Source of the DNA: Cyanidioschyzon merolae
Taxonomy: Eukaryota
Length of the DNA: 64,000 nucleotides
Assembly: GCA_000091205.1 (NCBI GenBank)
Contig: AP006493.2
Strand: one strand, 5' to 3'
Below the pieces are notes generated by a model. That model searched no databases. It was not told the DNA's origin and worked only from the letters and a program-made list of their open reading frames with translations. The position numbers and the translations under genes are program-made. Below are positions 54,052 to 64,000 of this stretch, in pieces (position 1 is the stretch's first letter; every line of letters starts with the position of its first letter).

Positions 54052-57000
54052 CGGAACATTTAGGTACGTATCCCAGCTGTGATGATATGTACCATGTTTC
54101 GTTTCATACATCCATTACAGGAATGGTCTGCCTAACAGCGTAGGGCAATTGCAGCATAGCAAGGCTGTATGCGCTGTAGGCAGAAGGAGCTGGCGTCAAG
54201 AGGTAGCGATTGCTGTCACGTTTTCTGCAGAAGAGCTATTTCGTCGCTGTAAAGATGAGAAGCATCATCGTATGCGCTTCGTGCATTCGTATCCGTGTCC
54301 GCAGCTCGAGACTGCTCCATTGCAGGTAGCTTGCGGATGCGGGAGAGCACCCAAAGAAGGTGTCCAGCTCAGAAGCTCGCGAATTGTCGATTTTGAGACA
54401 CGCTTCAGCACAGGGCGTGAAACTCGGGACGCAATGTGGCGAAATATCGAGCAACGAGGAACTCGATGCTGCGTCGAGCTTATATTTGCCGTGCGTACGA
54501 CATAGGCAACTCGTGGAGATGCTTATATCCGCGGATTCGGGGTAATAATGTTTACATCAGAGTCATATCGACATCTCGCGACGCGCACAGTGTCCAGAAA
54601 CGAGTTGCCAGCGCCAGCTCCGGCACTGCGGTTTGCGCCCGGTGCATTTCGTGGTTCGAGTCAATGAACCGCGACTCGCATGGCTGGAAATACGCATAAT
54701 GATTAGTACTTACGTCACATCGAATTCTTTAGCCTCGTCGCGCAATGCAGTGCTTCCCCATTTCAGTTTAGCAGGCCCATTTCGGAGGCATTCCAGACCG
54801 TTCGCGAACCAGTTCGCATAGCAGGCCAAGGCGTACGTGCCTAGAATGGGCTTCCAGCCACGAAGCCCCTTGCTTGGCAGCAGCGCAGAGCGGCTAACGA
54901 CTTTGGCTCTGGTGAAGCGCTCTCTCCGAGCCACGCGTTGCTTCGGATGCTTCTGCCATTGAATACCATCGTGACTAACGCACGAACACAATCTGGAACG
55001 GCAGCGGTTGCTTGCTTCCAATAATCGAGCTTGTGTCAGCAAGCCATAAGGAAGCTCCTGGAAGTGCGGAACGACTTGTAAAGGGAGCTGGTAACCGCTG
55101 AAAGCTCGCTGCCCTGGAGAACGTCCAGCTTGACGTTTCAAATCCCGCCTGCAATCCCTGAGCCAGCGCACCCAGTGAAGGCATTACATGGAAACGTACC
55201 GAGAACAACCAAACTGGAGCAGTTTTGTATCCCAGTCGTATGACTACTCCATGTCACCGCTTATCTTATGGCGCACCCTTGATATATCCAGTAACATCGA
55301 AAAATGGAGCAGGAATCTCATTTACCAATCGTCCAGGGAAATCGATCCCAGTCTTGAGAAAGACAGCACTTGTGCATTGCGAGATCGCTGATCTGCACCA
55401 TAGCGAATGCCCTGCTCCGAGCAAGAATCAAGTTCTCTCTCTCCTGACAACTGCTTTTTTCGCCGTAAGTTTTTACGGGTTTAGCACACCGTTCTCACTG
55501 AGTATTCAAGGATTTCCTCGAATCCTCGCTCCACACACAAAGCCGCTGGAAGCTCCAGAAGCACGAATATTTTCGGCTGTTGATCGAGACGTTGAACTCT
55601 GGACGCAGAACATGTTTGCATTCACTGTTGCTGATCGATGCACAAAACACCACGCCTTTCACTTTCGATCGCGTCACCATCAGACCTTCGCTCTGCTGAC
55701 GATAATCTTTTTCGCCAAACCGTCTCCGTTTCACGGACGTCATCTCAACCGGTTTCATCATATAACCAGGCTGGAGATACATGAATGTCGCATTGAATCC
55801 ATCGATGGGAATCGTACACCATTGATGTCTAGACTCGTTGGGTGCCCTCGTCGAACGAGCTGAAGTGGAGCCCATGCTCGCTGCAGCAAGTCTGCATCCA
55901 CTGGGTCCCATTAAATGACGTCATTTGTCGGTTACTTCCATTCCGACGCATCGAAGGTTATGAGTGCTCGCTTCTTGCCTATGTAGGAACGAGACCGTTG
56001 ACATCTCTCGCCCAGTGTCATGGCAGCCTATCAGAGATCATCCGCATGAGCTGTTTGGACGCACACGGACTCTCTGAATGAAGCGTACAACGCATCAGCC
56101 TCTGCTCGATGAGATGCTCAGAGCGTCGAGATGGTTCCAGACAACACAGTTTCGCTTACTGGTACGCTTCCTAGTGCTGATCATGTCCGACACCTAAGGA
56201 TATCGAACCCTGAAATAATCAGGTCGCGTTGCATAGTGTGTACCGAGCATAAGATGTCACGTGAAGTTTTGGTCCAAAATCGAATAGAAATGCAGACAGC
56301 TGGTAGATCATTGACCAGAAATTATTGCGACTGGTTGCTTGAAAAGGTGCGTCAAGGCAAGGGATGCCCGGCGAGAATCTCTCGAGTAGGAAGATATACC
56401 GTCCCTCATGGCGTCGTACAGCTCAAAGTTCGAAGATTATCACCCTGACGTGTTTTACTACGGAATGCCTGACAACAGCATTGGACTGATGTTTCGGCTC
56501 CGTTACTTTTCCCTGGGTGTACTTCATCGTCCGTAAATCGGAACGATTTTCTCTTCTTTTTCAAGTCGTTTCCTCTCCGTCCCGTTCACCTGGCGGGCTG
56601 GCATAAATATGGCTGCTACCCTCTGTATCCGTTTTCCGTCTCGGAGCCGGAGACAGTGTGTCGAGGGCGCGTTGGAGGCTCATCTCCTCTATGCACGTGT
56701 TCACTGTTCCTGAATTATATTTCCGTTACGATCCCTTTTCGAGGATACCCATGTACCGACGAACACGTTTTCGTTCGCTCCCTCGCATTAGCAAGGAAGC
56801 AGCACATCTGTTTTTGGATATTGAACGCAGGAAAAACTTGTACAAGAACATTTTCTCGACTAAGATTGGTGCCACGGACATGAACGACCGTCCATAGGTA
56901 TGTCAGGGCATCGACAAAAAATTTGGGAAGGAGCGAGACACAAGGAGACCCTCTACGACGGAGACGGTGTTGAGCGATCCCGTCTGTTTCATGATTCGTA

Positions 57001-57878
57001 GGAGCACAGGCAACTGATTCGCCCGCTTCTGCTGAAGTTTTCGGAATGCTCGCTTGTCTCTTCTCTACGAACGCTCGTCTGATCTTCGTTGAGTACCCAT
57101 GTACATGTCTACAATTTCTCCCGAATACAGTCTCATCAACTGAGACGAAAACTCGTGCCGCTCGTGATAAGCGTTGACGCGTCAATATGAAATCAATATT
57201 AATTGTCGTTCAAAGCGCGACGCTCTGTTATTATAGAAACGTTCCACTCTCCGGATTTATTCGTAGTATGCCCTAGGGCACGTGCGGACCGCAGGGGATG
57301 TATGGGGAGACACTCGTGTACATACATAAAAGTCGAGGAGCTCTTTCCCGGCGCAAGTCTTTTCGTATAAACACTCGAAGAAAGGTGTCTCATGCATCCT
57401 GTTACCCTAGATTGACCTATTTTGGACGATGAAGATCGTTTTGTCACCGGCTATCCGCAACTGCATACGCTCTCTCCGCACTATTTCCATTCGCAATAGA
57501 ATATCTTCCTTTCGAGGAATCCCTGCAAGAAAATCGTACAAAAAACAAAATAGGATGCGCCTGTCCAGGTACACCACATTTCGCTATACAGAGCAGAACG
57601 CTAACCTTCGGTAACCGTTTCCTGAAACACGAAAAGGCATCAAGAATGATAGCCGTGTTAGCACCTTGTCCCCGCTACTGCCTCACCCGAGGATCGTCAG
57701 TTCGGGGGCTGTGGATGATGGCGCGCGCCCCCGATGACAGGCCATGCCTGATCGCGGGCTCGGGCGGCCTGAACGCCCGTATGTCACGTGACTTAAATTT
57801 GATTTTTCCTCCTACAAGTAGTTACGCTCCTTCATCATACCTATACTTGGCTGTCTCCCACGGCGTGGAAACTGAAGC

Positions 57879-59063
57879 ATGGATAGACTTGATGAGCTGC
57901 GCAAGGGGCAGTCCAGTCCTGACAATGGTTCCGGGGTCCAAGAAAGCGCTGGTGACATGCGAAGCGACCTGGAGGCAGGGCCTAGCACGTCCGGTGCGAC
58001 TCGCACCGCCGTGCGCACTGGAACAGGCCGCTCGCTAGGGGAGCCTGGAGCTGTTGGCGACGCAAGCAAGAGCGACACCGTGTTCGATCGTATGGAGAAC
58101 GGTCTTGCCAGACTCCAGCATCGCTTTTTGCGCGGCATCCCGGGTTCGAGTCGCAGAGGCGCGCAGCGCACTGGCGATGCCTCTGGTGCTGCTGAGAGCT
58201 CCGAGGCAGGCGAGGCTAGCGAAAGCAGCACGCAGCTGAGCACCTTTTACGAAAAAGTGGATATGGTGAAAGCTCAAATCGCTGACTTGGTTGCGGAAAC
58301 AGAACAGATACGTGCTGCACACAGGGCGCGGCTTGAGGATCCTACTCGGATGCAGCCACCCCCGGATATGCGTCGAGCGCGAATGCTTGCCATCGATATT
58401 AAGCGCCAGCTTGACGAGATGAAGCTCGAAGAGCAAAAAAAAGCATCGCAAACTCGAGGACAGGCTTCGAGCTCGGCTCAAGCTCGGATAATCGGTGGAA
58501 CACATGCCGCGCTCTCGCGCCGTTTTCTCAGTGCCTTGAAGGACTTCCAGCAGCTCCAAGGTGAATGCGATAGCGAGCTCCGGGAGCAGGCCGAACGCGA
58601 GCTCCGGATCATGAATCCCGATATCACACACGAACAGGCGACTGCAATTCTTGAAGCTGCCGGCTCGTCTGGTAATGCGGGCGAACTCATGCGCCAGCAG
58701 ATGTTACAGGCCACCGACCGCGACTATGAGCAGATTCGTATTGTAGCACGAGATATGGAAGAGCGCGCAGCAGCGCTGCGTGAGCTCGAGTCTGGCATGG
58801 AGGAGTTGCGGAACATTTTCCTCGACATGAGCGTCTTGGTCGAATCGCAGGGCGAAACTCTAGATGAGATCGAGAAGAACATCGCCGCCGCCAAAGTTTC
58901 GACTAAACGAGGTACACGCAAGCTGCAGACGGCTCGGAAACGGCAGCGGACTTATTATCGTCTAATGTTTTGTGGGTTTTATTGCTTGATTATTTTACTC
59001 GTGGTGATTCTCGTTCCCGTTCTGGTTACGACGTTGCGAACGTCTACCAGTACAGGTGGCTAG
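57879..59063 (+). CDS. SYN: Syntaxin (Qa-SNARE, plasma-membrane/Sso1-syntaxin-1-like) with C-terminal transmembrane anchor
   Basis: Habc-like helical region. SNARE motif with central Gln (RAAALRELESGMEELRNIFLDMSVLVESQGETLDEIEKNIAAA). Tail anchor (YYRLMFCGFYCLIILLVVILVPVLV). Confidence 0.8.
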   Translation: MDRLDELRKGQSSPDNGSGVQESAGDMRSDLEAGPSTSGATRTAVRTGTGRSLGEPGAVGDASKSDTVFDRMENGLARLQHRFLRGIPGSSRRGAQRTGDASGAAESSEAGEASESSTQLSTFYEKVDMVKAQIADLVAETEQIRAAHRARLEDPTRMQPPPDMRRARMLAIDIKRQLDEMKLEEQKKASQTRGQASSSAQARIIGGTHAALSRRFLSALKDFQQLQGECDSELREQAERELRIMNPDITHEQATAILEAAGSSGNAGELMRQQMLQATDRDYEQIRIVARDMEERAAALRELESGMEELRNIFLDMSVLVESQGETLDEIEKNIAAAKVSTKRGTRKLQTARKRQRTYYRLMFCGFYCLIILLVVILVPVLVTTLRTSTSTGG

Positions 59064-59247
59064 GATCCGGCAAGCGCCCTGATCAGAGATGACGGCACCG
59101 CCTGGGTCGTGCCAGATCTATCCCGTACGAGATGACATCGATCAGAGCGCCCATTCTACTGGCCTATACAGCGGCCACTTGTCGAGGTGACGGTGCACGG
59201 GCGCGCGCTGAGGTCTCTCCATCCACGACGGAGCCGCAACCGCGACA

Positions 59248-59856
59248 CTATCGCTTGTCTCGGGACGCCGAGGCCCGTCGTTTCACGGCGTGATCGAATG
59301 AGTGGGCAGCGTTCCGCTTTTCCCAGAGCAACGATACCCCACGGGTTGTCAGCACAAGACTCGTACCGAGCGCGAGCACTCCGGTCAGCGTGGCAGCATG
59401 CGCACCGCGACGCATTCGTCGCCACTCGAGTCCTGCACGCCAGCGTATCCAGCGCCATGGATCAGCGCGAGAGTCTGCAGCTTCACTCCGGGGCGCCGTA
59501 AACGCAGCAAAGCCTGCAGCGTCGCGGACCGCTGACGCGCGACGAAAGGCCCGCCAATAGGCCTCTGTGGCGGCATCCGCATAGCTGCTGTTCGGTGAGC
59601 AGGTAAACCGCGAACCAAACCTACTTGATGCTGCCTCGTGCGGTTCCCGTGTACTCGAATGCTTGCGCAACTCTTCACAGCGCTTGTACGCTTCAGTCAC
59701 CTTCTTGAACTCTCGCTCCGCCAGCGCTTGCGTTTCCGGTGGGTGCTTGTCGGGGTGCCAGCGCAACGCGAGGCGAAGGTATGCGGCGCGTAACTCCGCC
59801 TGTTCCGCGTTTCTTGATATGCCAAGCAGCTTGTAGGGATCCTGCCCCTCAAGCAT
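59248..59856 (-). CDS. DnaJ/J-domain protein (DNAJC-type) with a predicted C-terminal hydrophobic segment
   Basis: J domain DPYKLLGISRNAEQAELRAAYLRLALRWHPDKHPPE..REFKKVTEAYK with the HPD motif. Hydrophobic stretch AHAATLTGVLALGTSLVLTT. Confidence 0.75.
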   Translation of the reverse strand: MLEGQDPYKLLGISRNAEQAELRAAYLRLALRWHPDKHPPETQALAEREFKKVTEAYKRCEELRKHSSTREPHEAASSRFGSRFTCSPNSSYADAATEAYWRAFRRASAVRDAAGFAAFTAPRSEAADSRADPWRWIRWRAGLEWRRMRRGAHAATLTGVLALGTSLVLTTRGVSLLWEKRNAAHSFDHAVKRRASASRDKR

Positions 59857-60322
59857 GCCTTCCCTGCGGACTGCGTCCGCGTAACCACAGACTGTAAAGG
59901 GTTATGAAATAGTGCGCTTTAGTGTGAACAGCTGACTTGAGGGATCAAGGTGATTGGTGCGGCGCGCGCAAAAACGTCGTCTGATTGGTTTGTTTGCGGC
60001 CTGTCACCTCAGTTGTGTTCCACCGCAGGAGCGTGTCATCAAAAGCTTGTTCGCGATTTATTAGAGATGCGTTCGAAGTGCGTTCATTTGAAGAAATGAA
60101 TAATCCAAGGGATAGGCATGGGTATGCAAGTGGGGATCCTGGAAGTCTGGTGTCGCCAGTTGCCGGGAAAAACGAAAAAATCCTCTTCTTGCTGAGTATC
60201 AAGCGGAGAGGAGCATATGACGAAGAAGAGGACGCAGGGAGGCGATTGGCGACAGAAGGCGTTTGCCCGACGGAATGATGACGAGACTGCAATGAAAGAG
60301 AGGGCGCGAGTTCGAGGAAGCC

Positions 60323-60607
60323 GTGCAGTGGTGCGTTCAACCAAGGCAAAGCATGCAAGGAGTTCGTGAACCAAGACTTCAAAGCTGCCTTCATTGTGAG
60401 AAATGTGCGATGCTGAAGACGAGACCCGAGGAGCTGACGCGATCGAACTTTATGGGACAGAATCTCAGGCTCAAAATGTACAAGGAGAACTTGAAGCCGG
60501 AGCAGGAACTGCTCAAAAATGGCTGGGGGGCGTCTGTAAATGTGCAAATATATGGACTCTGTGGTTGCGTATCGTTTCATTCCATGGAACGTATTCGCAG
60601 ATCGTAG
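60323..60607 (+). CDS. Small hypothetical ORF, paralogue of 32469..32876
   Basis: CAMLKTRPEELTRSNFMGQNLRLKM is conserved with CMALKTRPEEKRRSNFVGQCLRLEV. Flanking nucleotide similarity (gcatg..agttcgtgaacc..) extends roughly 60 bp upstream. Confidence 0.3.
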   Translation: MQWCVQPRQSMQGVREPRLQSCLHCEKCAMLKTRPEELTRSNFMGQNLRLKMYKENLKPEQELLKNGWGASVNVQIYGLCGCVSFHSMERIRRS

Positions 60608-63600
60608 CTGCTTCTTTTATTTTGATTGCTTAGGTTTCACGAGTAGCTTGGGTTTGTGGAACACATGAGTGCCCTTTGCACCCTTATTACTCCAAATGTA
60701 CAGAGGATCTTCGCATACCTTGGTACACTGCCCTTGGTGTCTCAAGTGCTCCCTGTAAGATTTACGCAGCTACTGTATTTTGATAGAGTAGGAGTCGAAG
60801 TTGGCAGGAATGCACGTTTAGGGTCCACATTCCTCTGTGCACAAGTGCCCCTACTATCTTCCGTGTCTGTATGTTAAGGTGTCTTTGGTATCAAATGCAA
60901 GTGAGAACCGAGGTCACCAAATGTACTACGGCCTGTTGACTGCGCTGTCGCAAAGGAGCCGATGGATGCTCGCTGGACTCGCCGAACGCAGATAACAAGA
61001 CACTGTACGTGAGCGGGTAATTGGCACTGGCGGCTTCATGGTCAAGGCGCGTTTGCTATAGGCAGACGTGGTGTGGTTGCGAAAAGGGGGTCCAGCGTCA
61101 CCACCAGCACAAGCACCAGCATATCGATAGAAAGAATGTGGGCCACATGGAGCAGCTTCACTCCGAATGTCACGTTTGTGCCCATGTGTGCTGCATTCTG
61201 CCTGTGATGGAGTTCCAATTTGCATCGCTGTACGATGAAAAACATGTCCTGTGCCTTGATGGAGCTGTCGGCGAACGAGTCCACATGATGCGTCGTCCCG
61301 CGAATAAAGGCAATCATGACCAAGCGAAACATTTAAACTTGGTACTTGATGCCAGCAGTTCTGCAAGCTGCGCAGAGAAATCGCTTCGAGCGTGGAGTGC
61401 AAGTTTTCAGCATCGGTGAGCAAGAAATGCGCTTGCATACTGCTTGTCGTCATCGCTTCTCGCTGGCGGCAGAACGAGTCTCCTGCATGTCAACCGCGGA
61501 GCTTTCAAAGAGAGCGAACATTCCCATGTACAGATTATTTTGAACCGGTGTCATTGACGTGTAAAATAGTCTCACGATCATTAAATTCAGATCATTTAAA
61601 GATAGCGTCCAATCTAGCGACGGGATGAAGCGCATTCCAACCGGTGCATCGGGTTTTTGGGGTAGCGTATTCCACTGTACCAGCGGTCCCGTATAGTTAG
61701 AAGAGAACCACAAAGACGGCCGGCAGCCTTGTTCACCTGTCGGAGACTGCGCTGTACGGCACCATGCGGACCTCATGTTTCCCGCTGCTGTCACGTGTCG
61801 CGTAATATATAAATATCATGAACAATATCGAGCACCGAAACACCATCATCGTCTCCCAATTTTCCTGAACAACTGTTTCCAATGTATAATCAGGCGCTTC
61901 CGCTCTTATCGAATACGGTTCATGCTAATCCCGTGCAGTGCTGACAGCGAGAATACAATTCTCTTAATCGTCGATCAATTTTCTTCCTTGGAATTCTTCA
62001 GTGTTTCGGCGCAATGCCAACGCTGACTCATAAAGGATTCCCTGGAAAGTTCGCTCGAAACAAAGCGGCTGTATGCTACGGGAATGCGAGACTTTTCTGG
62101 ATGCGTATCAAAAAATTAAAGACTCGGTTCAGAAATCGGTTGCATGCATGGAAGCCAGAGGAATCGCACTGTCGGAAGAACCTCACCATCGACTGCGGCA
62201 CCATCCGACGTTCGGTGAGTTTATCGTGCATTATATCGCGCGTCCGGCTCTGTCTAACTCTCTTCTACTTGGCCTGTTCAGTCATGCGCCCGAGCTCATC
62301 ACGCGGTGATGACGTCCTGAGCTCATCGGTTGTGGTCAACGAGAGCCGATTCATGCTCTCGAGAAAAGCCCTCGTCGACAGAACAGCAGTGCAGCCCTTG
62401 CGCCCACCAGCACGTCCATTCCCATCTGCTACCAGCACCACAAGACGCTACGTATCGACCGTCTCTCGTTCTGACTCATGGAACAAGTAGACGAATGAGT
62501 CCCTTTGGCATCCTTACAACCCAAGCCGTTGGCAATTCTGGCATGGTTTCAGGTACTCCTGGGAGGCATCATTCGCTCGAGCCTTTCGACGAGTCATATA
62601 CGATTTGAATGAAGCATACCAAGCGTCGAAATTTGTTCGATTTGGTGCTCAGGCATCGAGATGTGTACGAACGCCGTAATTTCACATTTGGGGGGTCTCT
62701 CCTGTTGCCCATCATGTCTGGCTCAAGACGGTACCGCCCCGTGCACGAGGTCAGCAGCTTTATTTGCTTTCCGTTTGAGTCTTTCGCACCAGCCTCTGGA
62801 TCTAGAGTTGCTTGGGCTGCGGCGGTGGCTTTCAGCAAGCGATCAGCGCTCACCTGGAAGTCTTTCTCTGCGCCTACCCTGAACAACTGGATATTGGTCT
62901 TTTTCCTCGACACAGGCCTAGCGTTCACAAAGTGAACAATGTTTCATATGTTGTGCGTCTCTATCGTCCGTGTGGGCTTCTATGCATTTTGCTCCTCGTC
63001 GACGAGGAATCATGAACATGTGCCGCTAATGCTCTTCTTGAAATTCTGTGAATGCGACAAATTTCTCTTAGGGATCACTTGAAGCGCATTGAGGAGGCCA
63101 AAGAATACTGTGCAGAAAAATTTTCTCTTGGATAACATATGCCTTGATCTTACAACTGGAGACCATATTCAATAAGCGCTTGAGGGACTTCGGGCACTCA
63201 GATTCGGATAAGGCGTCGGTTTTGCTTTTCTTCTGAACGGCGCTCTGGGAAAAAGCGAAATGGCGCAGCATGCAATCTGGGTAGGGATCATGGTTCATAT
63301 AACTTTTGCGTTAAACGTCCGTCGGTCTGAGGCCGAGGGCAGTGCAATGCGCTTAGACGATCTGAAGCGTCTAGCGCTCTCATTTTGGCACCTCTTTCGA
63401 ACTCGACGCAATCTCGAGATCTTCCAAAAGGAGTACGTCATTTGTCTCCGTCGGCACACCCCAGAATTCATTCCATCAGGATGCACCTCCTCGGCATATG
63501 AGGTGAGGCTACGAGGGATGCAACGTCCACAGCGTTCGCTTCATGAAGAGCTCGACATTGAACCGTTATAATTATGGTGTTCTAGGGTCGTTTGATACAT

Positions 63601-64000
63601 TTTGGCAAGCGCGTTGCAGATCTTGCTATATCCGACGTACGATGGAGACGTGCCCAAGTATTCTGGGAAGCAAGTGTCCGCAAGTCGAGGATCCTACGAT
63701 CAGGCCGTGTTCCATCCAGGATCCCGTGTACAAGTTGTGGTATCGCACGAAGGTTTCATTGAAGAATTCTCGACAGATGAGGAGAGCTAGCCTTGGTGCG
63801 TCAGGAACTCGTATGAATAATTGCTTGAAGGGATACGTTCAGGCAAAGGAGCATAAGCGGGTCTTCTTCTCGTGAAATGCGAATCATCCCCTATTGCGTT
63901 CTGGATCTAATATTTTGCAGGATTCTCCCCCACAATGTGCTCGAGCAGATAGGCCTTGGCAGAGTCTCAGACTGATCTTTCCACTCCGATACGTTTTCCC

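Overview
This 64-kb window is nuclear DNA from a GC-rich (roughly 55-60%), gene-dense, apparently intron-poor eukaryote. Most genes read as single uninterrupted ORFs on both strands, with short divergent or convergent intergenic spacers, so it is neither prokaryotic nor a trypanosomatid-style polycistron. I cannot assign the organism from sequence alone. A potassium-efflux antiporter with a transit-peptide-like N-terminus and an acetyltransferase resembling the plant chloroplast NSI family hint at a plastid-bearing protist or alga.

Called with reasonable support:
- R2R3-MYB transcription factor
- DNA primase large subunit
- eIF3 subunit b
- KEA/KefB-type K+/H+ antiporter
- proteasome beta-2 (PSMB7)
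- FAD2-like delta-12 desaturase
- a tandem AAA+ ATPase
- proteasome ATPase Rpt4/PSMC6
- a ubiquitin gene with an unusual 58-aa tail
- RNase H2 subunit A
- ArfGAP
- a syntaxin
- a DnaJ protein

Several uncharacterised ORFs are also present, including an 852-aa secreted or anchored protein and a 555-aa multi-pass membrane protein.

Structures not explained by ordinary genes:
- A roughly 1.43-kb inverted duplication (39.75-41.18 kb and 44.40-45.82 kb) at about 98% identity. It flanks a 3.2-kb core that carries the acetyltransferase gene. Each arm holds a (GGTGCT)n microsatellite and conserved small ORFs.
- A dispersed roughly 300-bp repeat family with a conserved hairpin (copies at about 1.3 and 33.8 kb, and partial copies inside both inverted-repeat arms).
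- A pair of small paralogous ORFs 28 kb apart that share a conserved peptide motif.
- A 15-kb cluster of ubiquitin-proteasome genes.
- Coding trinucleotide repeats inserted into eIF3b and the primase subunit.
- A GC-rich block with same-strand ORFs in all three frames.

No rRNA, tRNA or CRISPR features could be supported by eye.
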